Assembly (NCBI GenBank): GCA_023205875.1
Contig: CP060755.1
Location: 1,116,001 to 1,180,000 of the forward strand
Length of the DNA stretch: 64,000 bases
Direction of reading: 5' to 3'
DNA from: Chloropicon primus
Taxonomy: Eukaryota
The notes beneath the pieces are model-generated. The model ran no database searches. It saw only the letters and a list, made by a program, of their open reading frames with translations, and had not been told where the DNA came from. Below, one piece after another: positions 53,842 to 64,000 of this stretch. A program made the position numbers and the translations under genes. How positions within the stretch are numbered: position 1 is the stretch's first letter; every line of letters starts with the position of its first letter.

Positions 53842-54438
53842 TCACGGGTTGACCCGCAGCTGGTCCCACGCCTCCCCCCCGCTGTCGCCCGTCGCCCTCG
53901 AGAACACGCACCGCTCGTTCGACTTGAGGTTCAGGTGGTCCACGTGGTCCGGATCCAGGACGAGGAGGCAGAACTCGTCCAGCGGGGACTGGTCCTGCGT
54001 CACGGGCGGGTCCGGGGAGAACGCGGAGTCGTCCCTGCCCCGCTCGAGGCCCGGGAACGGCCAGGCGAACTGCCCCCTCGCACCGTCCGACAGGCGCCTC
54101 CACGCGTTCCCCCTTGCGCCCAGCAAGCCCTCGTCCCCGTCGCCCACTTGCACCACCCTCATCTTGCCCGCGATCCTGTACTGCTCCCTGGTCTGCGGGA
54201 AGTACCAGCACAGCTCCACCCAAGGGTTCGCACCCAGCTCGTTCACCTTCTTCGACCTCCTATCTGTTACGAACGTGAGCTTCGCGGTGTCCTCGAGGAA
54301 CCCCCGGTAAACCACCGTCCTGTTCGAGGGCTTCCCATCCTCCCTCACCGTCGCCAGTTGCGCGTACCTCGCATACGCCAGCCTCGAGTTCTTCTTCAGC
54401 GACTTGACGATCCTTTCCCTCCACAACGGGGCGGCCAT
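53842..54438 (-). CDS. Pyridoxamine 5'-phosphate oxidase-like FMN-binding protein
   Basis: QLATV, PSNRTVVYRGF, TDRRSKK, ELCWYFPQTREQYRI, VDHLNL; only the last 198 codons of the 944-aa track ORF are real. Confidence 0.88.
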   Translation of the reverse strand: MAAPLWRERIVKSLKKNSRLAYARYAQLATVREDGKPSNRTVVYRGFLEDTAKLTFVTDRRSKKVNELGANPWVELCWYFPQTREQYRIAGKMRVVQVGDGDEGLLGARGNAWRRLSDGARGQFAWPFPGLERGRDDSAFSPDPPVTQDQSPLDEFCLLVLDPDHVDHLNLKSNERCVFSRATGDSGGEAWDQLRVNP

Positions 54439-54652
54439 CCTGATCTGATCTTGATCTGATTCTCTCTCTCTCTCTCTCTCTCTCTCCCCGAATGTGAATG
54501 ACCGTTGTTTTTTGGTTTTTTTAAAATCGACAGCCGAGGAAGCGAGAGAGGGCACTTGACTTGACCCGTTCGACGACGAGAAGGCTTGCTTGCTTGTCGG
54601 AGAGGGAGAGAGAGAGAGAGAAGAGGAGTGCTGGGCAGGAGCGTCGTGCGCT

Positions 54653-56625
54653 ATGTTGAGCAACACGGGCGGCAACACGAGGAGGCAGACTTTGGGAGGG
54701 CTGAGCGCCTCGCAGCTCAACACGAGGACCTCGAACGGGGGTGCCCTTAGGGTGAGTCGGTCGGGTCTTTTTTTCGCGTGGTGCTCCACGTTCTTTCGTT
54801 CGCAGCGGGGACTCTTTCGTCTGACGCGTTTTCTGCTCGTTGTGTGTTTCGTTTGACTCGCGTGTCCTCCCCTTTTTGCGTTTGGCGGTTCGTGTGATTG
54901 CGCAAGGTGGAGAATGTGAAGAGCAGGGCGTCGCTGGCCGGCGTGCCCGGTCACAACGGGCCCAAGACGCCGGGGCGCAAGACGCCGGGCGGCACGAGGA
55001 GGAGATCCTCCATATTCGGCTGGTCCCAGCAGTCGAAGCACGACCCGAGGCCCCTGACCGACAAGCAGTACCTCAACGACTGCGTCAGAGCCCTCATATC
55101 GTACTTGACGACCCACGGCTACGACAACCCGGTGTCCCCGAAGACCTTGACCCACCCGACCTGCAAGGACTTCGTCCAGATCGTCACGTTCCTCTTCAAG
55201 AAGGTGGACGCCAGCTTGAAGATCGTGGGCAAGATGGAGGAGGAGGTGCCCCAGATCTTCAAGAAGCTCAAGTACCCGTTCCCCATCTCCAGGAGCGCTC
55301 TGTACGCGGTCGGCAGCCCCCACTCCTGGCCCTCCCTCCTGGCTGCCTTGACCTGGCTCGTTGAGCTTCTGAACTATGAGGAGAAGGCCGCGGAGGTCAG
55401 AGAGAAGTCCGTGGACAACTTCGAGTGCGACACGAGCAGCAGGGACTTTTTCGAGTTCGTCGGGAAGAGCTACAAGAGTTTCCTCTCCGGGGACGACGGG
55501 GAGTGCTTCGTGCTGGAGGACGAGCTCCGCGCGACGTTCCAGGAGAAGGACAAGGAGATCATCGCGGAGGTTGAGCGCCACGAGCAGGAGATCGAGGGTC
55601 TCAAAGGGTCCATCGCGGGGCTGACGGCCAAGCCGACGCCGCTCGAGGCCCTCCAGCAGAAGAGGCGGGACCTCGACAGTGACATCAACAAGTTCGAGTC
55701 CCTCATCACGAAGCTCAAGGAGCACAAGGAGGCCGTGGAGCAGAAGACGAGGGACAGGGAGGAGGAGCTCCACGGCAGGGAGGAGGAGCGCAAGGGGGTG
55801 GAGGAGGAGAACAGGGACCTCGAGGAGGTCGTGTCCAGCCAGTCGATAAACAAGGAGGACGTGCACAGGATGGCCCAGCAGCGCTCCAAGCTGCAGGACA
55901 TCCTCCAGAGCCTGACGTCCCAGAAGGACTCCCTGCTCGACGCCGCCCTGGAGGACGAGGCCAAGTTCGAGAAGAAGGTCGAGGAGCTCGAGGGCACGAC
56001 CAGGCAGTACCACGTGATGGCGGACCGCCTGCAGCTGATCCCGTCCACGGCGAAGCACGCCGAGGGGGTGAACTTCCAGATCAAGCTGAACGCCAGCCTG
56101 GACGACCCCTCGGAGGTTTTCAACGTGGACATGAAGAACAAGCTCAAGCCCGCGCTCAACGCCCTGAGGGAGAGCTACGCGAAGAAGACCAGGCTTGTGA
56201 CGGAGGAGATGACGGAGATCCAGGAGAAGGTCGACTCTGCGGAGGAGGCCCTCTCCGAGAAGGCCGAGGAGATCGCCCTGCTGGGCAGCCAGAACGCCAG
56301 GCTGGAGGAGCAGACCAGGCAGCTCAAGGAGCAGACGGACGCCGACATCGCGAGCAAGAACGCGGAGATCGACCAGATCAGGGCGGACGTCAAGACCCTC
56401 AAGGAGACCGCGGTCAAGTCCCTGGCGGACAGCGAGGCCCACGCCCACGCCCTCAAGGTCGAGTACGAGGAGCTCTGCGTCACCACGACCCTGGAGACGG
56501 AGATGGTCAACAAGGATCTCGCGGCCGCCCTCGAGGCCCTGATCGGCCACAAGCTCCACATCCAGCAGACCCTCAAGAGGATCGACGAGCAGACCAAGAA
56601 CTACGTCGAGGACGTGATGAATTGA
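54653..56625 (+). CDS. NDC80: Kinetochore protein NDC80/HEC1; exons 54653-54751, 54907-56625
   Basis: DPRPLTDKQY, PTCKDF, LKYPFPISRSAL.AVGSPHSWPSLLAALTWL, long coiled coil. Confidence 0.92.
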
Positions 56626-57494
56626 TGGTGAAGGTGCGAGCGAGGAAGGAGAAGGTCCGAGCGAGGAGGAAAACACGGGAAGATGTATGTGTGCGTGTGC
56701 GTGTGTCTCTCTCTCTCTCTCTGTGTTTTATTAAAAAGATGAATGAAGAAAAAAGGTGTACGTTATAATGAATAGATTAGTTGAGGTTTTTTTTCCAGGA
56801 TGGAGGGTCCTCTCTTCTTGGATGCTGATTGGGGAATTTCCCCCAAGACGACGACGACGACGCGGAGGGAGGAGGAGGAGGAAGGAGGAAGGAGGAGAAG
56901 CTTTTTCTCTCTTCTCTCCTCTTCTTCTTCTTCTTCTTGGAAAAAAAACGGACACGAGAGCGTTGGCGAAGAAAAAAAAAGAATAAAGCAATTGTCCACC
57001 AAAAAAGGTGGAGAAAGAAGTCCTCCCTCTTCCCTCGAACTCGCCCATTGGATGTCTTTGATCTCATCCAACCAAGCGTATCCCAAACGTGGGTCTCGTG
57101 CTTTTTCAAGAAGGGATTTCTATTGGAGCAAAAATTCAAGGCTGAGAGCGCCCTTCGGGAGGAAGAAAAAGTGCGCTTTCGAGATCGAAGATCTTACACA
57201 GGATTTTCTATTCTGATCTCGATCTCCCTCGCACGACGTTTTTTTCTCGCCGGTTGAGAGGGCAACAAACAACAACCACGACGACGGGGACGACAACGGG
57301 GACGAGGACGAGGTGAAGTTCGAACGCTCGGGACTTCACTCGAGGCCGTCTGCTTTCGACAACACCGCGTTTGGCACTCCCTCTCCCTCCAACAAGTTTT
57401 CTTCTTCTTCTTCTTGTTCAATTCCCTCCGGCCTCCTCTTGGCGGCCGTGGTGTCCTCCTCCTCGAAGAAGGAGAACAAGAGAGCTCCTCCGTG

Positions 57495-58496
57495 ATGCTG
57501 AAGCGGTGTTACACGAAGGCGTTCGCGTCCTCTGCGGCGGCGGCCCCCTCGAGCAGCGCCCTGATGTGCGGCCTGGTGTGCGAGGGGTGCAAGAGGGTGG
57601 AGGCCCAGGTCCTGGACCTCGAGACCCAACACGTTTTCTGCGACGCGTGCCACAAGAAGCTGAACGCCACCAAGGAGGCTTCGGGCGGGTCGAGCGAGGG
57701 GAACAACAACTCGGGCAAGTCGGACAACGACAAGCTCGTCGTCGCCCTGCCGAGGGGCGGGAAGGACGCCGCCGTGTCGACGGCCGTTTCCTTCGACAAC
57801 TACAGCAACGCGGCGAGCTTCGCGCTGAACCGCGGGACCGTGTCGGCGGACCACTCTCAGAACAGCTTCGGGTTCCACGTCCAGAGCGTCCTGTCGAGCA
57901 TCGGCTTCGACACCGCGCACTCGAGGCTGTCCGCGAGGCCGCACTTCGCCCTGGAGGGGAAGGGGTCCTCGTACGGCAGCGACAAGGGGGCCAAGCTGGG
58001 GAAGCAGCAGCAGCTCCGCGGCAGCCTGCTGCCGCCGGTCTGCAAGTGCTCCCCCTCGCAGCTCTACTCGGCGATCCGGAACATCGACGGGACGTATGAG
58101 TGGATGAACCCGGAGAAGTGCAGGGAGGGCGGGGCGAGGATGACGTCCGAGTCGGGGGGGTCGTCCTCGAGCAAGAGGCTGCGGGCCAAGAAGGCGAGGG
58201 AGACCGCTCTGACCAGGAAGGGCGCCCTGGAGAGGTACAAGGTGAGTCCCCGAAGTGTTTGTTCTCTTTCTTTTTGTTACACCCGTCGTGTGTTATCCTC
58301 GTTTCGTCGTCGTTCCCCTGGTACTGACAACGGGCGACGGCGCGCGTTCGCCCTTTCGCTTTCTCCGCTTCTTCTCCAGAAAAAGAAGGAGAGCAGGAAA
58401 TTTACAAAGCAGATCAGGTACGAGAGCAGGAAAGTGAGGGCGGACAAGCGCGTCCGGATCCGTGGCCGGTTTGCCAAAGTGGAGACCAACGGGTGA
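57495..58496 (+). CDS. CCT-domain (CONSTANS-like) protein with B-box-like N-terminus; intron 58242-58379
   Basis: Spliced CCT: RKGALERYK|KKKESRKFTKQIRYESRKVRADKRVRIRGRFAK; CEGC...FCDACH. Confidence 0.85.
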   Translation: MLKRCYTKAFASSAAAAPSSSALMCGLVCEGCKRVEAQVLDLETQHVFCDACHKKLNATKEASGGSSEGNNNSGKSDNDKLVVALPRGGKDAAVSTAVSFDNYSNAASFALNRGTVSADHSQNSFGFHVQSVLSSIGFDTAHSRLSARPHFALEGKGSSYGSDKGAKLGKQQQLRGSLLPPVCKCSPSQLYSAIRNIDGTYEWMNPEKCREGGARMTSESGGSSSSKRLRAKKARETALTRKGALERYKVSPRSVCSLSFCYTRRVLSSFRRRSPGTDNGRRRAFALSLSPLLLQKKKESRKFTKQIRYESRKVRADKRVRIRGRFAKVETNG

Positions 58497-58613
58497 AAAC
58501 CTCTCTCTCGACCCGCCGCCGAGAGGGGCCCGGGTTCCACGCGCGCGCATATGCACTTTTCCCCCTCTTTTCCTCAAGACTTTGTTTCTCTACCCTTATC
58601 TAGCTGTCGGGGC

Positions 58614-60863
58614 TCAGCTTGCTTGCCGTAAAGCTTTGGCCAGGAGGGCGGGCGCAAACTGGGCCTTCCCGCCTGACCTCTCGCAATCTTCGCAGAACGA
58701 AATGAGCATAGTGTCTATGGCAATTTCGTACGCCTGGTAAAAGATTGCTGAGATGATGTACCCTACGATGACACTCAAGACGACGGGCATGACCTGTGAG
58801 GACAAGTAGTGGTCGCTCGAGGGATCTGTGTATGGGGGCATGTTTGACAGCGCAAGTGCAGATATGCCGCAAGCTATCGCTATGGCGAGCTTGCCCAACC
58901 AGATCAGGACATTGGCCACGATGCTTACGACGGCCACCCGCATGGCGTTCTTGACCACGAGCTTCCATGCCCTCACCACCGATGTGCAATAACTTGTACC
59001 CTTGACAGCAACTAAAATGTACGAATTCCTATTTGTAAACCTAAGAACTTTTTCTGCGCCCCAAATGCAGCACTTGAGGCAACAGAACAAGAAATTCTTG
59101 CTCTCCCCAACAACCCCCTTCACCCTGTTGATGACGTACTGCAAGGCGCCGCGCAAGAACTGCACGAAGGCAATGAAGAAGCTCCCCAACGCGATGGACC
59201 CCAGGTGGTAGTTCAGGGCAACCTTTGCGCTGTGCATCACTGGGTTTCTCGGCATCTTGTTCACCTCGCCCTTGCACCAGTAAAAACGAGCCACGGCCCC
59301 TGCAATGGCGACGTCCCCGAATCCGATGATGAACTGCGATGCCCAAAGGAGTCCAAACAGGTGGTAGATGAACAGATATTTCAGTTCGCTGTCCCACTCC
59401 ACGTCGTAGGCACAGTGGGGGTCCTCCTCGCAGGTCAGCGCGTACGCAGTCGAGTTCGTCATCAGGCTGAGGTCCCCCCTCCTTTCGACCTCATCCCCGG
59501 CGGACCAAAGGAAGGCCACGACAGCGATCCACCAGGCAAGGAAGCAGACAAGGAAGAACAGGGGGACCACTGGGAAGGCGATGAGAGAAGGCACCGCAGC
59601 AATGGCCTGGGACGCGACCTTGACAAGCGAGACTGCCACTCTCAGCCTCGGGATCGCCAACAGAGTCACCAGCATGATGACGAATGTGATGGCAGAGAAC
59701 GTGTACGCCAGGACGTTCCAGGTGTAGTCATCATCGGGGTTCGTATCGAAGCCCTCTGGCAAGTAGTGCTTGATGGTCACACCAAGGTCGGCCTCCTCTA
59801 TGATCTCTGCCTTCATATAGCAGTAGAGCGTCGCGGCAAGCAGACCGGCATTGACGACAAGAGTCGTGAGAAACGTCATCGTTGAGGCCCCGAATCGGAG
59901 GCAATACATCCAGCATATGCTGAACAGGGTCCCTCCCACAACGCCGCACACCAGGATGATGGGCCAGCTCCTCACCACGTCAGACATGTAATACCGGACT
60001 TGCTCGCTCTCCCACAGGTCGTCCAAGCTAGAGACGGAAGTTCTGGACTCGAGGTTTGCGATCGTCGACACGTTCACGAAGGTTGGGGGCATCCTGGTTC
60101 TGATGTCGCTGCTCTGGTACGGTATGCACCTGTTGATGACGTCGACGGTTCCGAGCAGGATGGGGTAGCATGGCCCACGGCCGGGAATGGCGCTCATGCT
60201 CTGGTACAAGACTCCGCACAAGCCCGGAACGTTTGCAGAGTCTCTGAGCGACTTGGCCAGAAACGTAGGCAGGGAGCTCAGAAGCCCGGACTGGTCCCAC
60301 TGCCGGACCATGTCGCCCATCTCCTTGCAAGAAGTCGTGCCCGTGGCAGTGGCGTTACTCTCCACGAGCTTATCATAGTATTGCGAGGACCACTTTTCAA
60401 CTCCCGCAATGGTTTTGTTGAAGTCCGTGTATCTGTAGTAGGGACACATGTACTGGCGGTCTAAGCTGCACGGAAAATCTTCTGCTGTGCAGACCCGGCC
60501 CCCCTTTGGGCACTCTGACGCACAAACCCGCCTCGCGTTCGCAAAGCCGACGCCCAGCGAGGGCTCCATGCTGTCGATGTAGACAATCTTCCTCATGCTC
60601 GAGAAGTCTGGCCCGTTCTTGTTTTTCACGCCGCAAAGGTGCCCGTTCGAATCGGTTCCGTACAGGAGCCGCCTCCAGTCCCCCTTCTCTATGGCAACGA
60701 TGCCGACGTAGGCGAGCCCGGCGAGGAAACCGAGGTATATTACGAGGAACAGCACATCCTTGCACTTCCTGTCTTCCCTGAGAGCGGTCTCCACCCCCGG
60801 TGTCTTCTCCGCCCGTTCTTCCTCTGGGCCCACCTTGTTGGTCTCCACATCGAAGCAGCCCAT
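58614..60863 (-). CDS. Choline transporter-like (CTL/SLC44) protein
   Basis: RKCKDV, RLLYGTDSNGHLCG, HLFGLLW, YHLGSIALGS, CCLKCCIW, NRNSYI, IDTMLISFCED; multiple TM segments. Confidence 0.92.
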   Translation of the reverse strand: MGCFDVETNKVGPEEERAEKTPGVETALREDRKCKDVLFLVIYLGFLAGLAYVGIVAIEKGDWRRLLYGTDSNGHLCGVKNKNGPDFSSMRKIVYIDSMEPSLGVGFANARRVCASECPKGGRVCTAEDFPCSLDRQYMCPYYRYTDFNKTIAGVEKWSSQYYDKLVESNATATGTTSCKEMGDMVRQWDQSGLLSSLPTFLAKSLRDSANVPGLCGVLYQSMSAIPGRGPCYPILLGTVDVINRCIPYQSSDIRTRMPPTFVNVSTIANLESRTSVSSLDDLWESEQVRYYMSDVVRSWPIILVCGVVGGTLFSICWMYCLRFGASTMTFLTTLVVNAGLLAATLYCYMKAEIIEEADLGVTIKHYLPEGFDTNPDDDYTWNVLAYTFSAITFVIMLVTLLAIPRLRVAVSLVKVASQAIAAVPSLIAFPVVPLFFLVCFLAWWIAVVAFLWSAGDEVERRGDLSLMTNSTAYALTCEEDPHCAYDVEWDSELKYLFIYHLFGLLWASQFIIGFGDVAIAGAVARFYWCKGEVNKMPRNPVMHSAKVALNYHLGSIALGSFFIAFVQFLRGALQYVINRVKGVVGESKNFLFCCLKCCIWGAEKVLRFTNRNSYILVAVKGTSYCTSVVRAWKLVVKNAMRVAVVSIVANVLIWLGKLAIAIACGISALALSNMPPYTDPSSDHYLSSQVMPVVLSVIVGYIISAIFYQAYEIAIDTMLISFCEDCERSGGKAQFAPALLAKALRQAS

Positions 60864-61623
60864 GGTGCCTGGCTCTCTCTCTCTCTCTCTCTCCAAGACA
60901 CCGCGGCGACTTTCCCTCTCCTGACCCTGTCACTCACGTGCCTTTCCTGCAGGCACTTCCTCCAACTCCAGCAGGACTGTCTCACACCAAAGGCGAGCTC
61001 ATGTGCCCCAAGAGCAACTCCTTTCGTTGATCAATTCAACCACCAAAGCTCCATCCCAAAACGCGTTGCCACCTTGCCACCACCACAAACTCACCCCCCT
61101 TCTCCTCGTCTCCCTCTCGCCACCATTCTCTCAGACCGGTGAAGCCAGCCTCTTCGCCCCCTCCCGCAAAGACGCGTCAAGTTCGGTAGCTAGGGCACTT
61201 TAGCAATGGACAGATCGTTCTGAGCCACTCCCGCCCCGTCTAACACCCCGAGCCCTTCCAGAAAGCAATGCCAAAACACCGGTCCTTCCCTCTGCCTTGT
61301 CCCCTGCGCTGATCAGAAAAACCTGTAATGCCGCGGTTTGAAAATTTTGACGACCGACGCGTCCAGTCCAAATTAAATTCCAAGAGTAAGTATACGATTA
61401 AGCATCGAGCGCGAAGAAGACTTCTACCGAAGTCGTACCGGCGCAGCAGGGGAAGGTGGTTGTTGCTGCCGCTCTACCGCCTCCCAGGACACGAGGGGAA
61501 GGAGCGCATCGTCATCGGATGATAAGTCCTCTCACGCACCGTGAGCGCGCCCGGGGGGCAAGCAAGGGCGAGAGTGGCGCCTGCTTGGGTTGAGAGACGA
61601 CCGAAACGAAGTGGGTGGTTGGG

Positions 61624-62958
61624 ATGGACGGCAGCAGTTCTCCGGGGGAGGACAGCCTCGAGAAGGCCTCCAAAGCCGAAGAGAGTCTGCTGGAGGGGCC
61701 TGGGAAAGGGGCTTCGGAGGCCAAGGAGGACGACGGGAACGTGAGGGTTTCCAAAACGGCGGTGCGCTCCACGATAGGAACCATCTTTATACTCGTGGTC
61801 CTCCTGATTGGGACGAATATGGAGAACTTCTCCGTGCTGCGCGAGGGGGAGAGGGTGGAGGCGGAGGGGGTCCTGAAAGCCTTGGGCGAGGAAAACAGTC
61901 TGATTTTCACTGGGACGAAGGTCGAGGCTGAGGGGGTCCTGAAAGCCTTGGGCGAGGAAAACAGCCTGATTTTCACTGGGACGAAGGTCGAGGCTGAGGA
62001 GGTTTTGACCGAGGAGACGAGCGACGAGGGAGACGTCGCTCAGGCTGACCCGTGCGCCCCCGCGTTCGCTGCGCTGAGGGAGACGTCAAAGGTTGTGGGA
62101 AACGTTCCCGCATCGGCCCTCCCCTTCCCTCACCTCGTTCTGGACGACGTGTTTCCGGAAGACTATTACCAGCTTATGCTTGAAAACGTCATCGACACCG
62201 AGTTGGCGACTTCCGAGCTCTTCACTCGGCGCAGCGCTGTGAAGCCCAGGTACACGCTCATTCTGCGAGAGAACGTGACGGAGTACTCGAAACACGAGCT
62301 GAAAGCGATCAAGAAGAAGGTCAAGTTTTGGAAATGCCACTACCTGGCGTTTGGTTCGCCGGAGTTCACAGCAGCCCTGCTCAAGCCCTTCAGGTCGATC
62401 GTGGAGCGACGCTACAATGGCACCGTGAAGTACAACGCCAAGAAGTTCCACCAGTACTTGACTCTGGTCCAGGATCGCTCCGAGTACTTCATTACGCCGC
62501 ACACCGATGTGTACACTAAGTTCGTCACGAACTTGTTTTATATCTGCGACGAGAGGGACGCCGAGTCCCTGCGAACGTCCGGAACTTTGATCCTGGAGCC
62601 CGTGGCCCGAAACCCAAGCAGGAGGAGGAGGAAGAAGAAAAGGAAGAAAAGGAAGACGCGGTCGTTGCTGGAGACGAAGGTAAGCGATCTTCCTACCAAA
62701 ACCCCTCCCGAGGGGAAGGTGACGACTCTGGAAAACTTTGATCCGACGAAAGAATTTTTGGAGAACCAGGGAGTTGTATACAAGTTCACACAAATGGAGT
62801 TCCGGCCCAACAGGCTCGTGGCCTTTGCCCCGTGCCAGCAGAGCTGGCACGCCGTTCCCCTGCAGATGTACACAGGCAAGGTTGTCAGGAACACGGTCCA
62901 GGGTTTTGTCTCCTTCGATGGCGAGACCCCTGACAAGGAGAGCTGCACTCCATTCTGA
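61624..62958 (+). CDS. Membrane-anchored 2OG-Fe(II) oxygenase-like protein
   Basis: N-term TM (IGTIFILVVLLIG), PFPHLVLDDVFP, PHTD (HxD), FRPNRLVAF, SWHAV, distal R (VRNTVQ). Confidence 0.75.
   Translation: MDGSSSPGEDSLEKASKAEESLLEGPGKGASEAKEDDGNVRVSKTAVRSTIGTIFILVVLLIGTNMENFSVLREGERVEAEGVLKALGEENSLIFTGTKVEAEGVLKALGEENSLIFTGTKVEAEEVLTEETSDEGDVAQADPCAPAFAALRETSKVVGNVPASALPFPHLVLDDVFPEDYYQLMLENVIDTELATSELFTRRSAVKPRYTLILRENVTEYSKHELKAIKKKVKFWKCHYLAFGSPEFTAALLKPFRSIVERRYNGTVKYNAKKFHQYLTLVQDRSEYFITPHTDVYTKFVTNLFYICDERDAESLRTSGTLILEPVARNPSRRRRKKKRKKRKTRSLLETKVSDLPTKTPPEGKVTTLENFDPTKEFLENQGVVYKFTQMEFRPNRLVAFAPCQQSWHAVPLQMYTGKVVRNTVQGFVSFDGETPDKESCTPF
61855..61998 (+). repeat. In-frame 66-bp tandem repeat (~2.2 copies)
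   Basis: VEAEGVLKALGEENSLIFTGTK repeated; units start at 61855, 61921, 61987. Confidence 0.9.
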
Positions 62959-63319
62959 AGAACCCAACCTCACCACCTATTTTTTAAATATTCAATAAAC
63001 AACACCGAAAAAAGAAATTCATTTTTGCGACCGAGGGGGACGAGATTGACCCGCCCCTTCCTTCTGGCACCTCCCCAAGGGCTCTCTTGCTCCCCTCCCA
63101 AAGTATCAGGATACTAGAGTTTTCGGTCGGCAAAGTGCAGTCATGATCCGAGAACTGGGAGACTAGGTTTTTGGTCTGTTTTAAGGAAGAGAGAGAGAGA
63201 GAGAGAAGAGGGGACGGAGAGGGAGAGGGAGAGGGGAAAGCCTGGGCCAAGGTGGCGCCTTTGAAGGGAAGAGAGCAAGCAGCGGAGTGGGAGAAGGTGT
63301 CAACTCGTTGAGAGCCAGG

Positions 63320-64000
63320 ATGACGACGAGAGTAAGGGAGTTTATCAAGCAGGTGAGGGACTGCAAGACCGCGGCGGAGGAGAGGGCTGTAATAGCGAAG
63401 GAGTCCGCAGCACTGCGGACGCTCTTCAAGCAGAGCGACGGCAAGAGCAAGGCCGCGAGCATTGCCAAGCTGGTGTACCTGCATATGCTCGGGTACCCGA
63501 CGCACTTCGGGCAGATGGAGTGCCTCAAGCTCATCGCGGGGAACCAGAACTCGTACGCCGAGAAGAGAATTGGGTACCTCGGTCTCATGTCCCTCCTGGA
63601 CGAGACCCAGGAGATCCTCATGTTGCTCACGAACTCGCTCAAGGTGGACCTGAACGCGAAGAACGACTTTGTGGTGAGGGTGGCCCTCGGGGCCCTTGGC
63701 AACCTTTGCAGCACGGAGATGGCGAGGGACCTCTCCACGGACGTGCGGAAGCTGATGCTGTCCAAGTCCCACCCCATCCAGGAGAAGGCCGTGGTGTGCG
63801 CCATACGACTCATACAGAAGTGCCCGGAGCTCGCGATCGAGTTCAAAGACGAGGCCCTCGCCCTCCTGGACCTTAAGAACAACTGCATCGTAAGCCTTCA
63901 CGGAACGATGCTCCTCGCGGTGGAGATTTGCAGGCACGAGCCGGAGGCCGTGTCCTGGTACGCTGCGAAGCTTGATGTCACGGTCAGAATCCTCAGGAAG
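63320..64000 (+). CDS. AP-1 adaptor complex gamma subunit, 5' part; runs off window end
   Basis: Not in ORF track. MTTRVREFIKQVRDCKTAAEERAVIAKES...AKLVYLHMLGYPTHFGQMECLKLI...EKRIGYLGL..LLDE. Confidence 0.92.
   Translation, partial: MTTRVREFIKQVRDCKTAAEERAVIAKESAALRTLFKQSDGKSKAASIAKLVYLHMLGYPTHFGQMECLKLIAGNQNSYAEKRIGYLGLMSLLDETQEILMLLTNSLKVDLNAKNDFVVRVALGALGNLCSTEMARDLSTDVRKLMLSKSHPIQEKAVVCAIRLIQKCPELAIEFKDEALALLDLKNNCIVSLHGTMLLAVEICRHEPEAVSWYAAKLDVTVRILRK

Noticed and set aside
54439..56676. Upstream ~750 aa of the 944-aa minus ORF, and similar long ORFs (9826-11439, 21586-23466, 50126-51583, 51820-53838, 62984-63937)
   Set aside because: Codon-register antisense shadows of real genes (NDC80, IFT57, CYP97B, RIBA, ISN1, AP-1 gamma) caused by high GC3.

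Overview
Gene-dense, GC-rich eukaryotic DNA with short GT-AG introns, (G)CTGAC/CTAAC branch points and many microsatellites. Gene content and style indicate a picoplanktonic green alga, possibly Chloropicon-like (inference). About 34 protein genes can be supported. Several are absent from or fragmented in the ORF track: DNAAF9/Shulin and AP-1 gamma at the window edges, and spliced TOM5, HIG1-like, two small membrane proteins and LSD1-like. Others include IFT139, IFT57, ADF/cofilin, STK19, OM47-like, a ROK-thioredoxin fusion, ADPRM, TMEM209-like, BCH, CYP97B, PUM3, TSR3, an F-box protein, MED6, plastid FBPase, ABCD, MGD1, RIBA, ISN1, PPOX-like, NDC80, a CCT protein, CTL and a 2OG oxygenase. The most unusual structure is a ~5.2 kb tandem array (37.66-42.90 kb) of ~990-bp units. 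Each unit holds an intron-containing tRNA-Ala(AGC) gene, four 91-bp sub-repeats whose minus strand is a frameshifted ankyrin-like (GHLDVLEWLRSQDPP) relic, and the 3' end of the neighbouring LSD1-like gene. Exon boundaries and family assignments were made by eye and from recall of family motifs; no searches were run.
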